NCBI GenBank assembly: GCA_009783135.1
Contig: WRHS01000001.1
Span: 1-45,360 of the forward strand
Direction of reading: 5' to 3'
Length of the DNA stretch: 45,360 bases
Source: Dehalococcoidia bacterium
Lineage (GTDB): Bacteria; Chloroflexota; Dehalococcoidia; Dehalococcoidales; UBA1222
The translations under genes were made by a program, and so were the position numbers. The notes beneath the pieces are model-generated. The model was given only the letters and a program-made list of their open reading frames with translations. It was not told the origin of the DNA and made no database searches. Below, piece after piece: positions 29,464 to 38,456 of the stretch; the stretch's first letter is position 1, and each line of letters opens with the position of its first letter.

Positions 29464-30708
29464 CTAGCGCATAAGACCCAACAACCGCATCTCATCCTCA
29501 CGGCTGTGGGTTTTGCCGTCGAGGCGTGCATGCATTAGACGGGTTAGCATCGCATTGATCTGCGGTCCGGGTTTAATTCCGAGGGAAATAAGGGCATCTC
29601 CGTTGAGAATCGGCCTGATATAACGCAATTGTTCAAGGTATAGCCGCATATGACGTCGGGCATTGTTTGATGTTGAGGCAATGAGATTGGTTTTGATAGC
29701 GCTTGTGTCATAGCCACAGAGGGTATGATAGACAAGACTGGGCAGCAGGGTGGCGTTCTCAAGTACCGCCAGGGATGCTTTAATTTCGGCGCTGTCATGC
29801 AGGGTGTGCTGCAGATTTTTGTTTAGCTTAAGCAGCTGTACGACCCTTTCATTTTCGGCTGCCTCCAAAGGATACAGCAACAATGCCAGATAGAGCACCG
29901 AAGTGGGGCTCTTAGGCAGGCTTAATTGCCGGGCGTGGTCAAACCATGCGTCCAGCTGGCTGGTGCAACTCAGTTGCGCATGTATACAGCGCAGCAACCC
30001 CAATTCCGCAGCACGCGACAATACCTTCTCAGGTTTTGTTTCATCCAGAACACACTCGAGCTCATACCACAGCCGTTCTCCGCTGATGCTTCTCAGTACC
30101 GACAGGTTTTGCTGTAAAAGGTCCTTGGTGGTGCCTTCCATGCGGAAGCCAAGCCGCATCTCATACCTTACGGCACGCCACATACGGGTGGGGTCGTCCT
30201 GGAAACTCTGCGCATGTAATACCCGTATTGTTTGGCTCTTCAGGTCCTGCAGACCGCCGCACTCGTCCAGCAGTTGTCCATAGTCCTCACTGTTGAGGGA
30301 GACTGCCATGGCATTGATGCTGAAATCGCGCCGCTTGAGATCGGTGCCGATATCGGCAGGGCATACAGTGGGCAAAGCGCCGGGATGGCGGTAGCTTTCA
30401 CTGCGCGCGCTGGCAATATCAATGCAAAAAGATGGCAAATGCAATTTTGCGGTAAAAAACTCATGGTGCAAAAGTGCCTCGCAGCCGGTCTCCTGCGCCA
30501 ATAGTTGCACTAAGGCGGGTGTATCGCCCTCGACTACAAGGTCAATGTCTTTTACCGCCTGCTCTAGCAGTAGGTCGCGTACAGCGCCACCTGCCAGATA
30601 AAGACGCACGCCCTGCTGCTCTGACATGCGTGCTGCGATACGCATAATATCCTGCGCTTCAGGGGATAAGTGTTTTTCGATTTTTGAGGAAAGGCTGAGT
30701 TTCTCCAT
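29464..30708 (-). CDS. CCA-adding enzyme / poly(A) polymerase-family tRNA nucleotidyltransferase
   Basis: Contains LYLAGGAVRDLLL...DIDLVVEGD (the pol-beta nucleotidyltransferase head) and RDFSINAMA. Length is 414 aa. Confidence 0.85.
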   Translation of the reverse strand: MEKLSLSSKIEKHLSPEAQDIMRIAARMSEQQGVRLYLAGGAVRDLLLEQAVKDIDLVVEGDTPALVQLLAQETGCEALLHHEFFTAKLHLPSFCIDIASARSESYRHPGALPTVCPADIGTDLKRRDFSINAMAVSLNSEDYGQLLDECGGLQDLKSQTIRVLHAQSFQDDPTRMWRAVRYEMRLGFRMEGTTKDLLQQNLSVLRSISGERLWYELECVLDETKPEKVLSRAAELGLLRCIHAQLSCTSQLDAWFDHARQLSLPKSPTSVLYLALLLYPLEAAENERVVQLLKLNKNLQHTLHDSAEIKASLAVLENATLLPSLVYHTLCGYDTSAIKTNLIASTSNNARRHMRLYLEQLRYIRPILNGDALISLGIKPGPQINAMLTRLMHARLDGKTHSREDEMRLLGLMR

Positions 30709-30979
30709 AACAAAGACATTATAGCATAGCGGTCGCTGTTACAGGCGCTAGAATGCCCAATCGCCAATTTCTCGTATAATCAGACATAGAGTGACTCGAA
30801 AAGCGGCAAATTAGCTTACAGCGCCTCTGATATGTGCTGCAATTGTCATGGAAGTCGTAATTCGATTCTCGGAAAAAGGGCAATTGCCGGATACAACCTT
30901 GATGGGGAATAAATGTTGTTATCTGTTTGCTGTTTTGCTTATAATTAGCACCTGTTTACTTTGTTGATTTAGGAGCCGT

Positions 30980-31531
30980 ATGTTAGTTGTTGCCGTAGTT
31001 GGTATGGCGGGAGCCGGCAAGTCGGAGGTTTCCCGTATTTTTGAGAGCAAAGGTCATGCGCGCATTCGTTTTGGGGACGTAACCGATGATGAATTGCGAA
31101 AAGCAAACCTGCCGCTGAACGAGGAAAATGAGCGCCGCATGCGCGAGTCATTGCGTCAGCGCCATGGTATGGAGGCTTACGCCACGCTTAATTTGCCCAA
31201 AATAGACCTGCTTATCAAGGATAGTCCTGTGGTTGTGGACGGGCTTTATTCCTGGGAGGAGTATATGTCCCTCAGCAAATACTATGGCCGCGATTTTCGC
31301 GTGGCGCTTGTTTGGTCTTCGCCGGCTACGCGCTATGCCCGTTTGGCAAAGCGCGTAGTGCGCCCGCTGACCATGGAAGAGGCCTACTCCCGCGATGTTG
31401 CCGAAATTCTTAATCTTAACAAGGGTGGGCCGATTGCTATGGCAGATTTTACTATCGTCAATGAAGGCTCGCTTGAAGATCTGGAACGGGAATGCCGCAA
31501 CACTATTTCAACCTTTGAGAAGCAATTATGA
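30980..31531 (+). CDS. P-loop nucleotide kinase-like protein (UPF0200 / dephospho-CoA-kinase-like fold)
   Basis: Starts MLVVAVVGMAGAGKSEV (Walker A). Length is 183 aa, AGGAG precedes the start, and the stop overlaps the dCMP deaminase start (ATGA). Substrate is unknown. Confidence 0.65.
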   Translation: MLVVAVVGMAGAGKSEVSRIFESKGHARIRFGDVTDDELRKANLPLNEENERRMRESLRQRHGMEAYATLNLPKIDLLIKDSPVVVDGLYSWEEYMSLSKYYGRDFRVALVWSSPATRYARLAKRVVRPLTMEEAYSRDVAEILNLNKGGPIAMADFTIVNEGSLEDLERECRNTISTFEKQL

Positions 31532-32001
31532 GCCGCCCGCATTCGGATGAGTATTTCCTGAAAATTGCCGCTGTGGTGGCGGAGCGTTCCACATGTTTGC
31601 GCCATCACGTTGGGGCTGTGGCGGTAAAGGATAAGCATATTCTATCCACCGGCTACAATGGTGCGCCGACAGGTTTGCAGGACTGTCTGGCATTGGGTTG
31701 CCTGCGCGATGCGCAAAATATTCCATCCGGCACGCGCCATGAAATTTGCCGCGCCGTGCATGCGGAGCAGAACGTCATCATACAGGCGGCACTTCACGGA
31801 GTGAGTATGGACGGGTCCGTCGTGTATGCTACGCATACCCCGTGTGTGCTGTGTGCAAAAATGCTTGCCAATGCCCGTATTAAGCGCTATGTTAGCTTTG
31901 GAAATTACGCCGATGACTCTTTCCGTCAAATCTTCCGTGACGCCGGAATTGCCTTTGAGCAGCTTGCTAGACCGTCAAATTGCATAGTATTCATTGACTG
32001 A
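31528..32001 (+). CDS. dCMP deaminase (ComEB-type zinc cytidine/deoxycytidylate deaminase)
   Basis: Zinc motifs are HAEQNVI and PCVLCAKML. Length is 157 aa. Confidence 0.9.
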   Translation: MSRPHSDEYFLKIAAVVAERSTCLRHHVGAVAVKDKHILSTGYNGAPTGLQDCLALGCLRDAQNIPSGTRHEICRAVHAEQNVIIQAALHGVSMDGSVVYATHTPCVLCAKMLANARIKRYVSFGNYADDSFRQIFRDAGIAFEQLARPSNCIVFID

Positions 32002-32048
32002 TTTGCGCAGTGTGATATAAAAACAGAGAGTTTCTTGGTAGGAGACAA

Positions 32049-32969
32049 ATGGCGAAGCAGCATGCCAAGATAATTATCAATCCGGTCGCAGGTAACAGGC
32101 GGGAGGTATCCCGCCTGTGGTCTGATATAGAAAGCCTGTTGCGCCAGGGCGGATTATCTTTCGATTTTCAATTCACTGAAAGTCGCGGGCATGCGCTGGA
32201 GTTGTCACTCTTGGCTGCCAACGAGGGTTACAACCTGCTTGTAGCCGTAGGAGGTGATGGAACCATACATGAGGTGGTCAATGGACTGCTTTCATCCGCT
32301 AATTCAAAATCTGTGGCACTGGGGATTATTGGCACCGGTACGGGTAATGATTTCATCAAATCGATGGGTATTCCAAAGGATTATATGAAGTCTTCCCGTA
32401 TGGTCACAGGGGAGCATCGCCGTTTGGTTGATGCGGGACAGGTGGAGTATACGGATAATGACGGGCAGCGTGCCGTGAGATATTTTATCAATGGAGCCGG
32501 CGTGGGCTTTGATGCCGAGGTCGCCGATGGCAGCAAGCGCGTGCCGCATTTTATGGGCAGTACCGTACCGTTTGTGCTGTCACTTTTGAAACTGCTGCCT
32601 TTTTATCGCAATAAAGACATACGTCTTAATATTGACGGACGTGACGAGGAGCGGCGCGTGCTCAGCGTGGTGGTAGCCAACGGCGCATTTTTCGGCGGCG
32701 GTATGCGCATTGCCCCGCAGGCGGCCCTAGATGATAATCTCCTGGACGTAATTACCATTGGAGACGTGCATAAGCTTGAGTTGTTGCAGGTGTTTCCCCG
32801 TGTGTATAAGGGAACTCATACTACCCACCCAAAGATACGCGTAGAAAAAGCCGGGCAGGTTAGTATAGAGTGCGACAAACGTATTTTATTGCAGGCTGAC
32901 GGCGAGTTGTTGGGTTGCGGACCTGTTACGTTTAGAGTGGTGCCATCTGCGCTAAACGTGGTGCTCTAG
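32049..32969 (+). CDS. Diacylglycerol/lipid kinase family protein (YegS/DagK-like)
   Basis: Contains IINPVAG and VAVGGDGTIHEVVNGL. Length is 306 aa. Confidence 0.88.
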   Translation: MAKQHAKIIINPVAGNRREVSRLWSDIESLLRQGGLSFDFQFTESRGHALELSLLAANEGYNLLVAVGGDGTIHEVVNGLLSSANSKSVALGIIGTGTGNDFIKSMGIPKDYMKSSRMVTGEHRRLVDAGQVEYTDNDGQRAVRYFINGAGVGFDAEVADGSKRVPHFMGSTVPFVLSLLKLLPFYRNKDIRLNIDGRDEERRVLSVVVANGAFFGGGMRIAPQAALDDNLLDVITIGDVHKLELLQVFPRVYKGTHTTHPKIRVEKAGQVSIECDKRILLQADGELLGCGPVTFRVVPSALNVVL

Positions 32970-33478
32970 GTTATATTTTCACTCTGGTACGCTCCGGCGT
33001 AGCCGGGGCTGCTGCCTGTAAGGCGTGAAAACACCAGCTGAAGCACGCGCGCATCCTTTTCCAAATCCAGCCCAAGCGCATTATGTACCACCAATAGCGA
33101 TTCTGAACGTCCGTGATAACCCGCATCCCACACGGCTGTATGTATGCAGGCACCGCATCTGAGCAAACTGGAGCGCGGCAGCCCGAGTGCCGTAACATCC
33201 TTGGGCAAATGCACGATTTCGTTATATGTTATGCTGTAGCTTCCCGCATCCAAATGTATGGTGCCGTCTGGTGCAAACTCCAGTTTTTGTTGAGTGGAGA
33301 TCATACGCTCTTTATTATCCTGTGCCAGCCGCCCGCATGAAGTTAAACGCGAAATGCTGCGCAGACTTATGTCAAAACCGTTGGTCTGCAGCTGCATCTC
33401 CAAATCCAGATAATTTTCCACCAGCGGCGGGTCGCCCGTAACGAGTGATAAAATGTCGTCGCGCGATAAAATACTCAT
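32966..33478 (-). CDS. dUTPase / dCTP deaminase-superfamily protein (short archaeal-type)
   Basis: Starts MSILSRDDIL and contains NGFDISL and LPRSSLLRCGA...VWDAGYHG. GGAGG precedes the ATG at 33478, which overlaps the epmA stop (ATGA). Confidence 0.8.
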   Translation of the reverse strand: MSILSRDDILSLVTGDPPLVENYLDLEMQLQTNGFDISLRSISRLTSCGRLAQDNKERMISTQQKLEFAPDGTIHLDAGSYSITYNEIVHLPKDVTALGLPRSSLLRCGACIHTAVWDAGYHGRSESLLVVHNALGLDLEKDARVLQLVFSRLTGSSPGYAGAYQSENIT

Positions 33479-34401
33479 ATATTTTCCTCCGTAAAGGCAC
33501 AAACCTCATCGATGTTTCCGGCGTCGCAAAATAGCATGACCAGTCTGTCCATACCCAAGGCTATACCGCCACACTCAGGCAAAAAAGATAGCGCCTCCAA
33601 AAAAGGCTCTGACAAGGGAATGACCTGCCCCTGTTCACGTTCAATTTGGGCCGACTCTTTCATAAAACGCTGCCTCTGCTCGGCTGCATCGGTTAGTTCG
33701 CTGTATGCGTTGGCCAGTTCCATTGTGCCAATAAACACCTCGGCGCGTTCCGCAACACTGTTGTCACCCGTTTTCAGCCGCGCCAGTGAAGCTGCTGCTG
33801 CAGGATATTCTACCAGTACGGTGGGACGCGCAGGACTCAATGCCGGAAGTACCAGCGTGGCCATGTCGTAGTCAAAGCGCTCGGCGTTGTAGTCTGCCAT
33901 AGGATCCCAACCGGCGATTTTTAGAAAAACATCTTTAACACTGAGGCGCGGCCAAGGCAAATCCAGCGCGATTTCTTGTCCTTGGTAGTGCAGTATGTTG
34001 CCTGCATGCAGCTCTTGCATTAATGTACAAACCAAATGCTCTGTATCGCTTATCACATCCATGAAGCCTGCATCTGCGCGATACCACTCCAGCAAACTGA
34101 ACTCGGGATTATGTTGTCTTCCGTGTTCTCCCTTGCGAAAGCAGTGGCTGACCTGAAAAATTTGCTTATATCCTGCTGCCAGCAAACGTTTCATATGCAA
34201 CTCGGGAGATGCGGCAAGGTACCAGTCTTCGCTTTTCAGCGGTGAGATGTTGAGCTCAGGGGCTATGCAAGGCACGCGAATTGGTGTTTCCACCTCCAAA
34301 AACCCCCGCCCGCGGAAAAACTCGCGGACGATATCGTAAATGCGTGCGCGGCGCTTAAGGTTGCTTTTTATCCGTGCAAGACGTTCCCGTTCAGCGGGCA
34401 T
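33475..34401 (-). CDS. epmA: EF-P lysine aminoacylase (GenX/PoxA; truncated class II LysRS paralog)
   Basis: 308 aa. Contains FLEVETP and FRKGEHGRQHNPEFSLLEWY (class II motif 2) plus a C-terminal GIALGMDRL (motif 3). It sits directly downstream of efp. Confidence 0.88.
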   Translation of the reverse strand: MPAERERLARIKSNLKRRARIYDIVREFFRGRGFLEVETPIRVPCIAPELNISPLKSEDWYLAASPELHMKRLLAAGYKQIFQVSHCFRKGEHGRQHNPEFSLLEWYRADAGFMDVISDTEHLVCTLMQELHAGNILHYQGQEIALDLPWPRLSVKDVFLKIAGWDPMADYNAERFDYDMATLVLPALSPARPTVLVEYPAAAASLARLKTGDNSVAERAEVFIGTMELANAYSELTDAAEQRQRFMKESAQIEREQGQVIPLSEPFLEALSFLPECGGIALGMDRLVMLFCDAGNIDEVCAFTEENI

Positions 34402-34404
34402 AAG

Positions 34405-34968
34405 CTACTTCTTGGTAAGTCGTTCTACGTAGGCGCCGGTTCTGGTATCTATTTTGAGCATGTCGCCTTCCTTGATGAAGGCGGGCACATCAAGGCTGTA
34501 CCCGGTCTCCAGCTTGGCTGACTTATTCTGCGCCGTAACAGTGGCGGTTTTTATGGCGGTGCCTGTTTCGACTACTTCCAACTCGACAAATACGGGGATG
34601 GATATGTCAATCGGCCGGTCTTCCAGCAACTGCACGTTGACCAGCACTCCTTCCTTGAGAAAATTGATTTTATCCCCCATTTGCGTCTCTGTGACGAAAG
34701 TCTGATCGAAGTTGGATGTGTTCATGAAAACGTAATGGTCACCCTCTTTGTAGAGGTATTGCATTTCCTGATTGCTAATGCTGGCTTCATCCACTTTTTC
34801 TCCGGAATGAAAGGTGATGTCCAGCGTGCTGGAATCCAGCAGGTTTTTGAGGCGCAATCTGTAGATGGCACGTCCCTTGCCGGGTTTAACGAACTCGGCA
34901 TTATCCACGTTCCACGGCTTGCCCTGATACATCAGCTTGGTATTTTTACGTACTTCTTCAATTTCCAT
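34405..34968 (-). CDS. efp: Elongation factor P
   Basis: 187 aa with a VKPGKGRA loop, giving a Lys-type modification site. Confidence 0.96.
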   Translation of the reverse strand: MEIEEVRKNTKLMYQGKPWNVDNAEFVKPGKGRAIYRLRLKNLLDSSTLDITFHSGEKVDEASISNQEMQYLYKEGDHYVFMNTSNFDQTFVTETQMGDKINFLKEGVLVNVQLLEDRPIDISIPVFVELEVVETGTAIKTATVTAQNKSAKLETGYSLDVPAFIKEGDMLKIDTRTGAYVERLTKK

Positions 34969-35150
34969 GTTTTGTTCCTAATACACCATTGTAAAGATTT
35001 TTCCTGTGGGTATTATGCTATACATTTTCGCTTAAAAAATCAACACATAACATGCAGTCCAATACATAACCCTTTGGGGGAGTGTTATGGTGAGCAGTGA
35101 TCTTGTCCAGCAGGTTATTAAATTCGGTCTGCTTATATTTGGACTTGCCG

Positions 35151-37037
35151 TTATAAAAGCTTCCTTCCTGCAACACGCACGTCGCCTTCGCGGCGCGTGA
35201 TGCCAAGGCGGTCCATGTATGTCAGCAGCGGTACGCTGTATTTGCGGCTGAGGCCGAAGTGCTGGTTAATTTCCTGTATGCTGACATGCCCGTTTTGCTT
35301 GAGTAGCGTTGTGACCTTAAGGCATATCCTCTCAAAGTGCGCTTTTTCCAACAACACGCCACCTCCCAAATCCACCAATAAGCCCTGTTTGACAAGGTAG
35401 TATGCCACAGGCAAGCCATTTGCCAGCCGCCTGCCAATATCACTGAGCGTTGGCGGAGTCATAACCTGAGTGGCAAACATGCCTATAATGGTTTGCCTAA
35501 GTGATTCCTGCTGTGGTGAAAGAGTGGAGGCGTTTCCCGGCAGATATAGCATATCGTTCTGACGCACCAGCTTGCCCGTTGCAACCAGTTGTTGCACCAA
35601 TGCATCAAAGATATCATCCGGCACACCAAATTCTTTTTGTATGGCAGCCTGTGGCGTGCCGGCTTGTATGGGATTGGCCTTGTATTTGGCGTCAATTGCG
35701 CTCAAGACTTTCAAACAATTATCCTGCCAGACTGCCGGTTGCACGGCGTAGTCAGCTGCGAGCACCAGCAACTGTTGTTCGGCCAGTTGTTTTACATGCG
35801 CTAAAATTTCATCTGTTGAATGCAGGCTGTTGAGCAGTAATTGCTGCGTTTCGGCCCAGCCCTTTTTACTTATTTCCGAGAGAATTAGCGCGTCAAGGTC
35901 TTGAGTCAGACGTTTTTGTAAAAGAGCAACACGATCCGGCGTTGCGGACATTCTTAATCTCTTTGCCAGCGGGTCAAGCACCACACCTCCGCCTATGGTC
36001 TTTGCCGGCGATTGCCGGCGGATAATGAAACGCTCTCCGATGAAAGCGGAAACGTCTTCTTGGAAGCGCAATTGCACCAGAGCGCTCTCTCCCGGTGCCA
36101 GAGTTTTGGCGCCTATGATGGATATGCGTCCGAGAAGTTCGCGCGTCTCAAGGTAAACCAGTACCTCGGACATATTTTTAAGCGGTATTTCCGCATCAGA
36201 GAGCAATGTCAAATGAGCATCTAAAAAGCGACTTAGGAGAGGACTTTGATGTTCTGCCATGACTATATCGCCGCGATGCACATCTGTGCGTTTTAGCCCT
36301 GCTAGGTTGAGTGCAACGCGCCCCCCGGGGGCGCTCACGGAGGCATTTCTTTTAAAGCTTTCCATGCTGCGGATGCGTGTGCTTAAGCCTGATGGGGTAA
36401 TGTTGACGGCGTCTCCTGCGTGGAACACCCCCTGCGATAGCGTGCCGGTTACAACAACGCCGCTTCCCTTAATCACAAAAACACGATCAATAGGCAGGTG
36501 TGGCTTGCCTATATCCCGGCGCGGCGAAAGCTTTTGAGCCAGTGCGTCAATAGCCTGCGTTAGTTCTGTTATACCTACGCCGCTGCGTGTGCTGACGCGA
36601 ATTATGGGAGCATTTTCAAGGTTGGTTCCTGCAAGCCTGCAGGCGACGTCTTTTTGCACTTCCTCCAGCCATTCGGTGTCAGTTATCAGATCAACCTTAT
36701 TCAGCGCCACAATGCCGCACCTTACGCCCAGCAGGTCCAGTATGCGCAGGTGCTCTTCTGTCTGCGGCATCCAACCATCATCGGCGGCAACAACCAGCAA
36801 CGCGGCATCAATACTGAAAAGACCGGGGATGACATTGTGCACAAACTGCTTGTGCCCGGGCACATCGACGATACCTATGGTCTCACCCGACGGCAGATCC
36901 ATCCACGCAAAACCCAGATCGATGGTCATGCCACGCTTTTTTTCTTCAGGCAGCCGATCAGGGTCTATAGATGTGAGAGCCTTGACCAGAGACGACTTTC
37001 CGTGGTCAATATGACCCGCGGTGCCAAAGGTTAGCAC
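35151..37037 (-). CDS. selB: Selenocysteine-specific elongation factor SelB
   Basis: GTG start. Begins MLTFGTAGHIDHGKSSL (G1) and contains DVPGH (G3) and NKVD (G4). The long C-terminal winged-helix extension brings it to 628 aa. Confidence 0.93.
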   Translation of the reverse strand: MLTFGTAGHIDHGKSSLVKALTSIDPDRLPEEKKRGMTIDLGFAWMDLPSGETIGIVDVPGHKQFVHNVIPGLFSIDAALLVVAADDGWMPQTEEHLRILDLLGVRCGIVALNKVDLITDTEWLEEVQKDVACRLAGTNLENAPIIRVSTRSGVGITELTQAIDALAQKLSPRRDIGKPHLPIDRVFVIKGSGVVVTGTLSQGVFHAGDAVNITPSGLSTRIRSMESFKRNASVSAPGGRVALNLAGLKRTDVHRGDIVMAEHQSPLLSRFLDAHLTLLSDAEIPLKNMSEVLVYLETRELLGRISIIGAKTLAPGESALVQLRFQEDVSAFIGERFIIRRQSPAKTIGGGVVLDPLAKRLRMSATPDRVALLQKRLTQDLDALILSEISKKGWAETQQLLLNSLHSTDEILAHVKQLAEQQLLVLAADYAVQPAVWQDNCLKVLSAIDAKYKANPIQAGTPQAAIQKEFGVPDDIFDALVQQLVATGKLVRQNDMLYLPGNASTLSPQQESLRQTIIGMFATQVMTPPTLSDIGRRLANGLPVAYYLVKQGLLVDLGGGVLLEKAHFERICLKVTTLLKQNGHVSIQEINQHFGLSRKYSVPLLTYMDRLGITRREGDVRVAGRKLL

Positions 37038-37040
37038 GCA

Positions 37041-38456
37041 TCAGTCCTTTTGAGCCCAGGCGGCGGCGATAATGCCGGGCAGCAGAGCGTCTTGGTCAGG
37101 GAAAACTGTACGCAGGTCAATAAGAACGGCGTCCTTTTCCACCCGCGCCACCAGCGGCGGAGAGGAAAGCCTTAATCTGCGGGCGATTTTATCCACCGCA
37201 CGTGGTGGGCTCAGGCATATAAGCGTAGTTGGCAGTTCCTGTTCTGGTAGAGTGCCTCCGCCAACCAAACTTACGCCATCTTGTATGGTGGCGGCTATGT
37301 TTTGCGTTTTCAGTTGTTGTGCGATGGTGCTGGCGCGGGAGCGAATTTCTTCTTTTTTGAGCCGTATCATTTGCCATAAAGGCAGTTCTAGCGCTGCATT
37401 TTTGTCAAGGTAGCTTTTTATGGTTGTTGCTAAGGCGATAGCTGATAGCTTATCCAAACGTATCACGCGTAGTAACGGATGATTTAACATGAGGCGAATA
37501 AACTCCCGTTTGCCGGCAATTATGCCTGCCTGCGGACCTCCGAGCAATTTGTCGCCGCTGAAGCAGACGACATCAGCTCCGGCACGTAGGGATTCCATAA
37601 CGGTCGGCTCATGCTCCAACCCGAAATGCGCCGTATCCAGAAGAGCGCCATTGCCCATATCATATACCAATGGCAACTGCCCCTTGCCGGCAATTGCGGC
37701 AAGTTCTTCAATGGAGGGACTGCTGACGAATCCTTTTTGCACGAAATTGGACTGGTGCACTTTGACGATGAGCCCCGTGCGTTCGCTGATGCATTTTTCA
37801 TAGTCGCGGGCGGATGTTTGGTTGGTGGTGCCGACCTCCCGCAAAATAACTCCGCTTTGCTCCAATATTTCAGGAATACGGAATCCGTTGCCTATTTGTA
37901 CCAATTCCCCGCGTGATATTAGAGCCTCTTTGCCACCTGCGAGCGCTATCAGTACAAGCAGCATGGCAGCAGCGTTGTTGTTAACGGCAAGGGCATCTTC
38001 TGCATGACAGGCAACAGATAGCAGCCGTCTCAACTCTAAAGTACGCACGCCTCTGGTTCCCTCTGAGAGGTTGCTTTCCAGACTGAGGTAACGCCCCCCG
38101 ATGGCGTTTAGTGCCTTCAGTGCCGGGTCAGACAACGGAGCGCGTCCGAGGTTAGTGTGCAAAATGATGCCGGTTGCGTTGATGACAGGTTGAGCGAAGC
38201 CTGCCCATTCTTCAGAAAGGTGTTGAATAATCATTTGGGCAATAAAATCCATTGACAGCGTGGGAATGGGTTGGTTTCTGCGAATATCATGGCGCAACGC
38301 GGCTAGTGTGTGGCGTGCTGCCTCAGTTACAAGTGGCCGCGAGTAGCGGGCGATGGCACTTGACAAGAAAGTAGATTCCAGCAACGTCTCTATTGCCGGT
38401 AGCTGTCGCATACCGGACGGCGTATTAGTTTTTTTTGCTATAGGGACTGATTTCAT
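37041..38456 (-). CDS. selA: L-seryl-tRNA(Sec) selenium transferase SelA
   Basis: Contains LPAIETLL near the N-terminus and the PLP-lysine motif FSGDKLLGGPQAG. I placed the start at the ATG overlapping the selD stop (ATGA, 38456). The starts at 38477 and 38411 cannot be excluded. Confidence 0.92.
   Translation of the reverse strand: MKSVPIAKKTNTPSGMRQLPAIETLLESTFLSSAIARYSRPLVTEAARHTLAALRHDIRRNQPIPTLSMDFIAQMIIQHLSEEWAGFAQPVINATGIILHTNLGRAPLSDPALKALNAIGGRYLSLESNLSEGTRGVRTLELRRLLSVACHAEDALAVNNNAAAMLLVLIALAGGKEALISRGELVQIGNGFRIPEILEQSGVILREVGTTNQTSARDYEKCISERTGLIVKVHQSNFVQKGFVSSPSIEELAAIAGKGQLPLVYDMGNGALLDTAHFGLEHEPTVMESLRAGADVVCFSGDKLLGGPQAGIIAGKREFIRLMLNHPLLRVIRLDKLSAIALATTIKSYLDKNAALELPLWQMIRLKKEEIRSRASTIAQQLKTQNIAATIQDGVSLVGGGTLPEQELPTTLICLSPPRAVDKIARRLRLSSPPLVARVEKDAVLIDLRTVFPDQDALLPGIIAAAWAQKD

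Noticed and set aside
30709-30979. The 270-bp divergent intergenic region (cca / kinase), with a TATAAT at about 30773 and a T-loop-like TTCGATTC string, considered as a possible sRNA or tRNA-like element.
   Set aside because: No cloverleaf or stable conserved-looking fold could be drawn by hand. It most likely just contains two divergent promoters, and only Rfam/Infernal plus RNA-seq could decide.
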